A DNA stretch of 64,000 nt from Balanoglossus misakiensis (lineage: Eukaryota; Animalia; Hemichordata): assembly GCA_040954595.2 (NCBI GenBank), contig CM082595.2, forward strand, positions 4,366,137 to 4,430,136. Direction: 5' to 3'. Below are positions 37,701 through 50,800 of the stretch, piece by piece (within the stretch, counting starts at the first letter, position 1; each line of letters starts with the position of its first letter). The translations under genes were made by a program, and so were the position numbers. The notes under the pieces were generated by a model. The model was not told the origin of the DNA, searched no databases, and worked only from the letters and a program-made list of their open reading frames with translations.

Positions 37701-38456
37701 ACACAAAAAAATCAGAACACACAAAAATCAACCAGACAGACAGGAAGGCAGGCAGACAGGTAGTTATGCAGGTGCTCATTTAAATACGCTTTGCTTTTCA
37801 GCATGTGAGTATCCTGTAACCTTGCGAAATGTTGCACAAGGAAAACCAACCACTCAGACTTCCATCAAACCAAGACAAGACGGCGGATCTGAAAAGGCAG
37901 TGGACGGAAACAAAGACACCGACTTGCTGAATGGTAACTCCTGCACATGGACAGATAGAGAATGGCAACCACGATGGGAAGTCGACTTGGGACAGACCTA
38001 TGACATTTATGAGGTCATTATCACTAACAGGCAAGACTGTTGCCGTAAGTACAAGACCTGCTTGCTATATCAAATCAATGATTTCGCATATGTCTAATGT
38101 AAGTACTGGTCCAGTATCAGTATTTTCTGGCGTGCAGTACATGCATTCATCTATATATGTACGAATACATACGTATATGGTATGACATAATACTTTTCGA
38201 CAAACAATTGTTCTTCCTTATTCATTTCACAGCTTTCCGCATAAAGAACGCAGAGATCCGCGTTGGTGACAGTTATAACTTTGCAGAGAACCCCGTTTGT
38301 GGCAGACGAGTTCTAGGCAGAATGGCCAGAGAAGCGACCATTCCCGTGAGATGTGGTTGCGAAGCTCCAATGAGAGGAAGATATGTTTCAATTCAATTAA
38401 TGGAGAGAGAACAGATGTTGCATCTCTGTGAAGTTGAAGTCATGGTCGGTCCATAA
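34782..38456 (+). CDS. Secreted multidomain lectin-like protein, ~520 aa: signal peptide, 3 WSC-like repeats, (PPTEA)5 mucin-like linker, F-type lectin (fucolectin/FTP) domain
   Basis: Exons 34782-34842, 35124-35429, 35860-36168, 36366-36668, 36821-36904, (37171-37179), (37390-37413), 37802-38044, 38233-38456; all introns phase 1. Repeats LGCWxD...KCxAAxxxRGFxxFAxQNGGWC...C...GEGGPWANxVY. FTP motifs NVAQGK..Q, AVDGN, W-x-VDLG, NRQDCC, GRYV and LCEVEV. Probable non-coding exon with donor ~34403 and TATAAAT at ~34330. Confidence 0.88.
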
Positions 38457-41400
38457 ACGCACGGTGATAAACCCTCAGTGATACAAATAAGTGTTTTATG
38501 CGACTTCCTTGCAATTCCATTGAAAGGTGACGGGTTCTAAGGGTATAGTTTAATTACATCACAGCGCATATAATAAAGACATCAAATCAATGACTGTTCA
38601 CATTGAGCCCATATACTGTCTATTGATCCAAGGGTGTACTATGGACACTACCTAAATTTGCCTCGCCCCCTTCCCAAACGTTTGCATAAATGTTTGAAGT
38701 TGTTGCGCCATTTCACAAACTGATCGTTCCATTTTATCTAGTCGTCTACCGACATCACCTTCATTCCTAGTATTCCGACTACCCGTCCCTAAGGAAACGC
38801 TCACGTGTCTACCACGACCCCTGCCTGACCTTCTCCCTATGACCGATAAAACGAGTGGAGTTTCTAGGGCTTCATCAAAAATGACCGTAGAATTGACGTC
38901 TGTTCTATTGAACCCAGAATCAAACTTACTGTTGAAAACAACCTCCCTACCCTGCGGTAAATTCGTATCCCTCGTATATTTAAGTAGCCATGATACAATT
39001 TATCGGACACAATGCTTTCTATGTAAAAACGACACAAATCTAGAATCAGACTGTCGACACAGAGATCTGATCGGACGATGAATGCCTAAAAATGAACCCT
39101 GTATAGCTCTAAAATCACAGCAAAAGAAGGCGATACAAAAGTCTGCGGTAACCGTGTCGCACTGACCCGCGTTAGCAGATCCCGTAAGGAGTACGGTGCC
39201 CAGAGTGCTAAACACGCCCACAAACTCCTGTGACCTCTCTTTTGCACACAACACTACAACCGTTCTCAACGAACAACATTCAACGGCGGTCGGAACACGC
39301 TGGAAAACAATTAGACTAAAGCGTCTCGTCGAAAAAATCTGCTAGCACCGAGCCGCTAAGGTAAACATGTCTTAGATCTCGCGATCGGTGACCCGGGGCT
39401 GGCTATCCGGTAGGGAAAAGACAGGACTAATCAGGAAAAGATGCACAGAGCCAAGTCAGATCCACGTCAACACTCTTCAAACACACATGGTAGAAGGCCA
39501 AAACGAGGCTAAACACGTGACCCAGAACGCACTTCTGATTGGTGTACAACTCACCAAGGGCAAGATGGGGAAACCCTTCCATCCTTGTCAATCATACAAG
39601 ACAGCCAAATAACGGTCACCATGGAACACCACCACGAACGTGAAGCCATACAAAACACCATGCAGAATAATAGCATTTGAAATAGCCAAAATGTATGATC
39701 ACAACATGCTGTTGTTGCAGTTTTCTGGTACTGCTGACCCTTCTGTGACCTCACTTTGCATAACAAAGGAGTGCGTTGTCGAACCAATAAGGAATGTTGA
39801 AAACCTGCTTCCAGCTGCCTGTCTTTTCTTTATAATAGACTTGTTTACAGCAACGAGTATCCTGAAGTTCTGTCACAGAGTGAATGACTGATAAATATGG
39901 TTATTTTTAATTCACGAGTTCTTTGACACTTCTTACATTAGGGAAACAGATTTATTCTGATAACTCAAGTTCGAAAATATAATCATACAAAGTTTTCCTG
40001 GTAGAAAACTGAATATGCAGAGTTATACTTAACAAAAATAGTTTGGATTTTAAAATATTAAAAATGAATACAAACAAATGAACATCCTCTGTGACGTGAA
40101 AAATAATTTTTAAAAACATTTGACAAACACAGTTCAAATTTGCATGTCTGATTCCCAGGGGACATAAACCGTGTCAATATTCACTTTACATTTGTTTATT
40201 TGAAAAACAACCAAAATATACACATATGTGAAAATTTTAACCATATATAAAACTGAAATGAAATGTACATATTCCGCTGATGGGAAGAATGTTTAAAAGT
40301 AAACGTGAGAGGACTATCCCGATCTCATAAAACTTGTATAACCATTCTGATAATTGTTCTAAAATTGTAGTACATGAGCTAAATAACACATACATAGTTT
40401 CTTATGGGTCAGAAACCCTGTATATGAGCACAATAGTACACATCTAATTTGTATTGGTTTTAGATGGCAGTTTCATATAAAAATAATCTTGCATCGAAAT
40501 CAGTTGCCGGATAACAGAAACTCAAACACAGTTGACCTTAAGCACACATGACAATTCCACTTTAACTAGTTATACCCAAACCCGACCTACACACTGAACA
40601 CAATTACTTACTGTAGAAGAGGTTTAGTTTGCGCGAAGTTTATATTTTTTGGTGTGATGATGAAACCATCTTCTTGTCCACTAAGTAGATGATATGGAAC
40701 AATTGCCAACTCTGCATTGGCAAAGACAATTACCTGACACATCTTCCTGTACACAAACTACAAATAAACAAATTTATGATTTTTACCCTGCAGCATATCA
40801 GAACTGATGGATCAGTATTTTTGCAACGAACTATTTTTGCTTCTTTCCCACTTATACGTTAAAATAAGACTAAATTCACCAGTCCCCCGTAAAAACTATC
40901 ATTGCGATGTGGGACATATCATAAAAAGCTGAAATAACTGCTGGGTGAAGTTTTATTTGTGCCTAGTCACAAGGTTGTGTCTTTTCTTAGTAGAAATATG
41001 TCGTACTGAGTCAGACTTCACTAACCTACGTTTTACATGAACAACAGAAAAAAACACACAAAGAATTTGATATTGACATCATTTTTGTTCACATTTAAAA
41101 AATATGTACTCATACTAAGGCTAAAAATGTTCGAACACACAGGAAATAAAAATAAATTCACCGACAGCCAGCAATTTCTTTCTGTAAAATCAGGAGATTT
41201 CTTATACTTGCTAAATTCTCCAGGTATATGGAATCTACTAATCCATTTTGAATCTAAAAACAGGTTCAAGCCGCAGAAAACTAAAATCAGGCTGATACAC
41301 AATGTTTTTAATTGAACTTTTAAATTCTGCAAATAAGCTTTCCCTTTCAATTCCTGAGCTGTGCTCTTTCACTTTCACATAAAGTAAATTTCAGGAAATA

Positions 41401-41861
41401 AAACTTTCCCATAGTGTTATTTAAAAAAATGTGAATATTCATTATATATCACACACAAGATCCATCACATAATACAAATACGAATGTACCACATTGAAGA
41501 CCTTTGTAAACTTGGCAAGAGACAACTATGAACTAAATCAAGTAGAATTACACTTCTTGAAGTGAATCCGGTAAACACTGAAATTTTTAAGGGTTAGACA
41601 ACTGAACAATTTGGATAATGGATGTTTGGATAATCAACGCTGTACTGTACATGGGTTTATGTTTCACATAGACAGTGACATCATTTTATGATGTCTGGTC
41701 ATAAATTGTGTTCGACATGAATCACTTTTCATAATTTCCTTGTACATTCTTTCAATCATACATGATAAGGTTCAGTTGTTCACGTTCATGTTTACACGAA
41801 TGCACATTAGTGTTGATTATCTTGCTTGCTACGTGTAAACACTTGCTGTTTTCACACATGT

Positions 41862-44800
41862 TTAGCCAACCTGCCATGTTATTATTGTGGGTTCCTTGTT
41901 CTTCCTTTCTTTGTCGTCTCCCTTTAAATACCAGTGACCCTCACCACCGGAGATGACAAGCATCGGGGGCCCGACAGTATCCTTCGGCTTGTCTTTCTTG
42001 CGAGACTTACTCGGGCTTACCGCGTCCGATTCGCCCGACTCAAGGAACACCGAGTCTCTCTGGTCGTCCGCCCCCTGGCTGGCCCCTTCCTCCTCGTCCT
42101 CGGCGAACGTGAACGCCATGTAGTTCTGGGGCTTGGTTGCCATGGCAACCGACGCCGCCGTACTGGTGTCCTGGTTGGCGTCGGTGCCCTCCTCGCTGGT
42201 CAAGCTGTACGTGTCCAGATCTTCCGAGCGCAAGAGGTCCGGCCGGACAAACTGCCACCCGGGCAGCTTCTTCCGCGGCGTCGCCAACAGGAACCGGACG
42301 GGCCCGACGTGGGTGTGGTAGGCCACCCGGGCGGGTCCGTTGATGAGGGGCACCCCCTCCAGCTGGGGGATGGGCAAATCGAGCAGCGCCCCCACGCTGG
42401 TTCCCACCCACAGGGAACCCTGACAAGCCAGCATGGATGTCACAGAAACGTGCCGCGCATGGAAAAAAGACTTGGTCCTGCTCTCAAGTCCTAAAACAAA
42501 AAAGAAATTATCGATTCAGTTTTCAACAACAGATGCAAAATTCTGAGAATACATTCAAGAAAAATATGAATGACAGATGAAATCAAGAAGATACACTTAC
42601 CTTGGAACATTCTACCAATGGGAGCAGCTATGTTGATTTCTTGCAAGTATTGGTTTGTTTCCGTGTGGAAGAGTCTGATGGTGGCTTTATTTTTCATGGA
42701 CACCCAGACACCAACACCAGCCCTGACCATGAATTGTACACACACTCTGGCATCATTGTGAACATTGAAGCTTGCCTGTCAACACACAGAGAGATTTATA
42801 TATAAGATCTGGTTGAGGCAATTACGTCAACTGCACTACGTCTGGCATAAAATGGACATTAACACATTCAAGTGGTACAAGTATGTAACCATGGTCTGTT
42901 TGTCAGAGGGGCATATATCTTTCTTTCATGGACATGACTTTGTTCTGTGTGCTTTGTTGGTTGTCCGTGCTATTCATTTGGTGGATCTCCCGGTAAATGG
43001 AACAGCCATGTAAATGCGACATCTTTGTGATATGGGTGGACAAGATCGTAATTACGTTAACAAAACCTGATAGAGAAACCTCAATGTCAACTACCTGTCT
43101 CTGAACAGTGTTCGCGTTGAGGATGAAGACACCATTACCACTGGCACACCACATGCAGCCGACGACCGGCAGCAGAGACAGCACGGGTGCTCTGGTCAGG
43201 AGCGACACGTGGGGTTCCTCCAACAACCATACACCATCTGAAGAAAAGAAGCAACGACCATTCAATTCCATCTACCATCAAGTCTGATCAACTCTGAATG
43301 TATGCTCCTTAGAAAAATCACAGTAAATTAAAGCTGCAAGCAGCATTGAAGGGGCCCAAGCATAGAGTTAATAACCATAAGACTCCATTCGGGGTTGTAC
43401 CATTCAATTGCGTAGGCTGTATTTGCTCTGGATGTAGAGATATGGGGAAGTAGGCAACCACCCGAAATGGATGTCTTACAAGTACAAACACAACAACCAA
43501 AGGTGAACTTCTACGTTGTAAGTACTTCAGTAAGTATACTTTAAAGGTCAGCTGAGGGTATCCAAAAATTAGGATTCTTATTTGGTTCATATTCAAGACA
43601 ACGGAAAATCCTCGCTGTTTGGGTTTGTCAAATTAGATATGGCCATAATAATGAGTTACACAGTCAAGTAAGTTACAGGTGGCCCGAGGAATTTAGCATT
43701 TCATGACGCAGAGGGTCCTACCCTACCCCTCCAAACACCTGGCTATATATGATGTGCGTGCTAACATATGGAAAGCAGGTCAATGGACACCTGAGGTCAC
43801 CCAAAAATTTGACAAAAAATGTTCATTCCTGTTTATGTCATGTGCAACAAATCCTACATTTGCAGCCCTTTCACTTTGCTTACCATTAGGTATGCACGTA
43901 ATACATGAATCAAGCAGGTGTCGCAGGTATCCCCCTGTATTTGACATTTCATGATAGTTTCATCCCTCCAAATACCAAAGCTGCACCTGTACAATGGGCT
44001 GAGATATGGCACTGTACGACAGAGGTCATCCAAATCAACTTAGACATTTGGGCAAAAACAAAGTGACACTTACATTCGTCCCTGTGCAACAAAAACTACA
44101 CCTATTGCCCTGTTGGTTAGTGTCCAATTAAATGTACAAAATCAATGACTTAGGCAGGTGCAACAGGGGACCCCGCCTTTGGTATATCATTATGGTCCCA
44201 TCCGTATATGCCCCCCCCCCCCACCCCCCAACGCCAAAGCTGCATGCATCTGCTGTGGATGCTCACTAAGCAAAAGTAGGTGAAATGTCACATAAGGTCG
44301 CCCATAACTTGACAGGAAAATCGGACTTCAAATCGATCCATGTGCAACAAATACCATGCTAGCATCCCTTTCATTGACTCCACAATTACGCATGCACATA
44401 ACAGAGTTACGCAGATGTCACAGGTGACCCCCGAATCGGGCGTATTATTTGGTCCCATACAGCTGCATGAAGCTGCGTGCCATTTAGCTCTGCGTACAGG
44501 TCTGTGTGTTCCCGGCGTTATACGGCCTCCACCCACAGCCCTGCAAGGCGCCATAGAAAAAACTGGTGCTTCTGCGGTCCGGATCCGGACCGCAGCTTTT
44601 TCGGCCGAAATTCGTTTTTATCGAAGCAAAATCCTTTCCCTGTCTACTTCTGCCCCCTAACCGACTCCAAATATGATGCGATTAATTTGTCCTAACGTCC
44701 GAACCACTCGCGTTTGATTCATTTTTGTGTGTTTACATGTTGAGATCGCCATATTAAATATAAGGCTAACAGCGAGTTTATCTCCATGGGTAAACATAAA

Positions 44801-47800
44801 AGTTTTAGAAAGCGAGCGGTTCGGACGTTAGGACAAGTTAATCGCATCATATTTGGAGTCGGTTAGGAGGCAGAAGTAGACAGGGAAAGGATTTTGCTTC
44901 GATAAAATCGAATTTCGGCCGAAAAAGCTGCGGTCCGGATCCGGACCGCAGAAGCACCAGTTTTTTCTATGGCGCCTTGCAGGGCTGTGGGTGGAGGCCG
45001 TATAACGCCGGGAACACACAGACCTGTACGCAGAGCTACGTGCCATTACGGGCGACCTGATAACCCCCACGGCCACCTGTGGGCCGACCCCCATACTGAA
45101 CGTCCAGTTGCAACGTCACGACTGAAGTAGGAACTTTTGAACGGCAACGAAGCCTGATCTCTGATTATTGCTGGTACCATACTCCCTTCGTGCAAGAAAA
45201 TCACTGGTCTGCTGATGTATTTCGGCCACATTAGCGACTGAGGGTCAAAGTCCGCCGCCGCATTACATTGAATGTTAACCAGTGTAGCAGGGTCTGGATA
45301 GAAACATTTGAACGGCAACAGCTAACAAACTCAGTGCAATTCAATAAAACGCCCTAACATAGCCTGAACTCAGATAATGTGTTGTCCCAAAATTCATTCC
45401 GTGGAAAATAATCACTGGACAGTTTACGTATTTCAGCCGATTTTCCAAGGACTACTGCAACCCGCCAGAAGTGAGTAGCCTGCTAATGAGATCTCCACAA
45501 CATTACGTAATGACGGTCAAAGTCCGATGCCCCAGTGTCCGTCCTCAGCCCACCAAAAAATGCGAAAAATATTACATAAATCTTCTTCTCAAAATCGACG
45601 TGGCCTAGGACCTTGAAATTTGGCACAGGGGATTTTGGCCACATGGTCTACAAAAATCGCGAAAAGAATGTACATGCCCCCATTAACGTGCAAATTAGGT
45701 CAATTTGAAAATTTCGCTCGATTATAGCCACCAAGTCACGTGACTAATTACAAATTCAAAGGGCAGGTGCACCAGTACTCATGGGCCCCAATCAGCGTGC
45801 CAAATTTCAAGGTCCTAGGCCACGTCGATTTTGAGAAAAACGAGAGCAAAAAAACGACTCAAGAAGAAAGAAGAAAAACTCCAGCAATAACAGAAGGGGA
45901 CCAAGCGCCTGAGGGCGCTTGGTCCCCTAATAAGAACCACACATGTTTACCTAGAGTCTTACTGTCGTTCCCATCTGGATTCGAACGATAATGTTGATCT
46001 AAATGTTATCACACTTGTGTAATTGGTTTGTGAAGTTGATTCCAACTTTGCTACAGTTGTTGTACAGTTTATATGCTTTGCGGCAAACACAAACAGGATT
46101 AATGGTTTCTTACCCGGTAGGATGCTTCGCCAGTTTGTTTAAATAAGACAATAAAACGAGTCAACTGATTGGCGCTACCCTGACTTTATTTAATAGCCCT
46201 GTGTGTGGTAAAAGCACGCGTAGATAAAAGTCTTGCTTTAGCAAGCAATGTGAAGTGTAAGACGATCCTCTTACGACACCCGTAATACCCCACTGTTAGT
46301 ATTGTAATCAATCTCGATATAACCTCTTTGAATTTACCGCAACATCAACAACTGGGCGCCGAAACTGAAGTAAGATAAGGAACAACTTGGCAAACCAAAT
46401 GTGCAAGTATGGTAACATTTAGATCAACATTATCGTTCGAATCCAGATGGGAACGACAGTAAAAGCATAAAAAATCTCTCTATGAAAGTAGCTATAGTAG
46501 TAAACCAAGTTTTGAATGTCACAAATTTGGGGATCTGTAGCACACTCTACCTTTCATCCTCTTGAAAACTACCAGTGTTCCATCTTGAAGCCCGACAAAC
46601 ATCCTATTGGCCAGAAACTTCAGTGATGTAATCGCTGACGGTGACACTTTGAATTTGAACACACACTGTCTGCCTGTGTCCTCACAGTTGAACACTGTGA
46701 TCCTGTGGGAGAGGAAGGATTAAAAAATCAACATCTTGTAATTGTATTGGCAATGACACTTAGGAGGGTCACACACACACCATTAAGACGGTTCTGAAAC
46801 GTCTCAGTTCAATACTGTCTCTATACATGTCTCTATTACTCCACAAAGCATTTTGCATACCATCCATTAAAGGCGTATATACTTGCCTTCCCGTTTCTGT
46901 ACCAATCCACATTGTTGCCTCCGGTAGGCAGAAGTCGGACTCCGACTGTTTGCGGGTCTTGGCAAGCCTGCTGACTCCCGGAACGTACTCGATGCAGGAG
47001 ACGAGCGCTTCCCCGGCCGGGAAGGATTCCACGACGTGGGGAGTGGGTGGATGGAACGACACGATATTCAGGATAGAGCGCTTCTGTTCGCCGTTACTGA
47101 CCCAGACCGACCCCTCGTAGAGACCCGACTTGGTGATTTTGACGTGCTGTTTCGGGGACATGTCCGAGAATTCTAGGGGACAGTACACGGCTGCTTGGAC
47201 CTGGGAGCACAACCACACAAAAGTTAAACATGAACATTCACCGACAGACAATTACAGTTTACACGGGAGTGCGAGGTGGGCACGAAAATTAACAAGAACG
47301 CATGCAACATTACCCAACACTGGACACTCTCAATTGCAACAGAAAGAGGGGAGAATGAACTTAAATTTGAAGGAAAAAATGAAAAATTCTCATTAAAGGA
47401 GCCTATGCAAAATGAATTTTATAGAGGGAAATGCCTCATGCTCTGATACAGCACAGAGTATACCAGCATAATGATATTCAGGGTATGTCTGTCGCTACAG
47501 TGAGCATAATTTACACAGGGGTGTTGAGTGTGCAGAGATTACTAAGTATACAGGACACTTACTACAACGTCACTCCCACTAAGCCCTAACAAGTTCTCTG
47601 TGCACTGCTGCAATTGAGAGTTCAAAGTTCATTTTAGTCCTATTCCGGGCATGTGGTCAACACATGACGATCACATGGACATCGCATGACAATAGGTGAC
47701 TGACATAGGGTTACCACATGAACAGGCAGTCAGTGTCACATGTTGGTCACATGCAGGGAACACCGAACAGATGACGGCTTTGTTAATGTTTGTTTGTTGT

Positions 47801-50800
47801 AGGCAGGGTCAACTTTACTCAACTAAGGATTATGAACCATTAGTTGAGAATGGGAGTTGCCATGGTTACATGATGATAATGATCTTTGAAGAGTCCAAAA
47901 CCTGACATGACAAGTTTACCAATATAGAAATATTCACTTACACCTAGAGTATAAACACAAAGTTGCATGCATCAATGAATTAAGATTAGACAGCGAGTAT
48001 ACGGTAGGTCGGGAACACGAGGTTGTAATGAATAAATAAAAAAAAATAGTTCTGCAAATGTAGGCAATTCTGTTTACAACAAAACTTGAGATGTACTTCA
48101 TTTGTGCAGGGCATAACATAGTAGTAGACAGCATTTGAGAAAAATTTCGTCAACTCTCTCCACGATTGTGATTTTTGTAGAAATGGGAAATAATTTCACA
48201 AAAACATTAGCATGTTTCTGTCACTGATGTTTCCTATGAGTAGAGTCACATGTTTCATTCAAAGTGAATGCCCACATTTGCAGTGCTAGCCTTTATGATA
48301 ACTAAGGAATTTTGACAGCGATACGGACCACGAGTTGTGTCTTCATCAATGCGTCCAGCAGGCCCTTCAGGATTATGAGCAAAAACAGAGAGAGATGACA
48401 GTATATAAGATGGCTGTGATTGTACGATGGAAAGACGTCATGGAAATCAACAATGATGGTTGTGACGCAGGTTTCAGATGGTACAAAGTCACTCAAAGAT
48501 TCAAGAACTTCAGTGAACATCACAAATGTTCTGTAAAGTATCAGTATATAAGGAACAGGGGCAGGTGTATATCTTGTGAGCTTCATGGCATCAATGTGGT
48601 GGATGAACTTGGTTTTGAAACCCACAGATGACAACACTGAAATGTCATTTGCTACACAGGTTTATAATGACTCGTAGTGACTGGTGTGCAGTGATGATGC
48701 CGGAGTGTGGAACTTTAACCCTTTCACCACCATGGTTCAGTCCAAACCCGTTGTTTTCTATGGTAAGGTTGGACCTCTAAAGAGGGAACTGGGGGTGAAA
48801 GGGTTAACTCCAGCAAGAAAATGACTTATGGCCTTCAGACATAAGACAATGCTCTCTTGTAAACTTGGACAGTGGTCATTTTCACTGACATGAAATGGTA
48901 ACAAAGTGTCCAAAACTTTGCGAGCTGCAATAATGTATCTAATAATGTAAAAATAAAATAAAAATTGACCACTGTCTTGACTTTTCAGAACTTAACATTT
49001 CAATTCAAATGTTGAACAATTAGTCGCAAGTTTTAAAAGGATACAATGTTGACATTATTTAACTTTGGTTGTAACATTTTCAGCTTCACATAATCATTGA
49101 CACTCAAACAGGTGTCTATTTTTTTTAAATAAATGACCATTCACATACCTTCATTGATTGTTTCTGAGATGTCACTGATATGGGAAGTGATGTCATCAAT
49201 AATGGCAGGCTAGCAACATCCAGTTTGCCGTCTTCATCTGGGTCATACCAAGCCGGATTATTGCGTGGTCCTAAATCATAGCCAACATTATTAGATTCAG
49301 AACTGATTTAAGCAGTTCAGAATTTTTGACATTGTGAATACTTTAATTTAAGGTAACAAATGTCTGAAAATCAGAATGATGGTGAATAACTCAAAGCCTG
49401 AAATACTCACGTAAGGCAAGTTTGGCCATTTCAAGATCAGCTATCCAGTTGGTTTTGTTCTTCTGATGGCCGGCATTTAAAGTGATAATTGTAGAACCTG
49501 ACCTGAAGCGTGCCATTGGATAACATTTCAATTATGTTAGTCAAAGAATACTTATGAGCCAATCAGTTCTTGTGTCATATAATGCAACCGGAAATTTCCA
49601 CGATATATAAAAAGGCAACTGTTACGCGACGATCAATTCCTGCATTCTCCTATTTCACTAACTGCATTGATATCTCCGAAAAAAAAATTTGCGACGTTTT
49701 ATTTTCGCGTTTTTAGGCTCTCATGAATTTTGCAAAAAATTACTGTTTGCGAATATTTCCCGTTTTACGGTATATGCCACTTACTTTCCGGATGCAGGCA
49801 GAGACAGTTGAATCTTACAAGAGTCAGCATCTCGGATCTCTTCCTCCTTGCGGGCTAACAGAGTGTGGATGTAGGCTATCCAGGTATCCACTGACCCTGT
49901 ATTAAACGTCTTGTAGGTACGACGCAAATATTGCACCTGCTCGCCAAACTGCTCCGCGATGACAAGGTCATTCAAGAGGTCATCTCTCTCAGCGTACAAT
50001 TTGCCCGATCCTATATTAAGTGGGGGAGGGGATGAATTAATACATTGAAAAGTCTTATAAAGTGCATTTTTTAAAACTTGTCTACGATATATCCTCCTTT
50101 ACAGCGACTACAACTGACCTTTCGCAGTGACTGTACCCTTGTTTCCGTGTGATGTTACCATAGCAGATTTTGCTAGATTTCTCTCTGAGGAATAAAGTCC
50201 CCCTTCTGGTGGTTTGATCACTTGCACTTCACTTAATGGCACGCTCCATTTCAGTTTGTATTTTGGTCCGGTTGGATCATAGGAACCCGACAGTGTTGAT
50301 CTGTTACAAGTAAAATGAGAGATAATTACAATGAGTACATATGTACATACATGTACGTACATACATACATACATACATACATACATACATACATACATAC
50401 ATACATACATACATACATACATACATACATACATACATACATACATACATACATACATACATACAAATAAGCTATCAACTGTCTAATCTTCAAATGATAG
50501 AGACAATGAGCAGGAGAAATATAATTCGACTTACTTGTGTACCACATGTGCACAGATTACAAGATCTGTTAGCATGAATATACGTCTTTCATTCATTTTG
50601 GTTTCCTCCCCACTGCTACTATAATTCTATTCAAATGAAAAAAATATCACCTGGGTTACCGGTAGTTATGAAGGAAGACTTAATTAGCAAAGTCAGGTGT
50701 GTAGGTGAATCAGACCAGATGTTCCAATAATGGAATTGTGAGGATTGTTTATTGTAAGATGTACACCACAGGAATCTCTTGCAGCCATTTAATATTACGA

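Noticed and set aside
38800-39900. Possible retroelement or gene remnant between the lectin and ARHGEF10-like 3' ends
   Set aside because: Only short ORFs, with no RT, integrase or transposase motifs that I could identify.
44477-45094. Two identical short ORFs on opposite strands
   Set aside because: Artefact of the long inverted repeat.
48302-48637. Overlapping ~100-aa ORFs in an ARHGEF10-like intron (possible nested gene)
   Set aside because: No recognisable domain and no convincing splice sites; the host gene is in frame without them.
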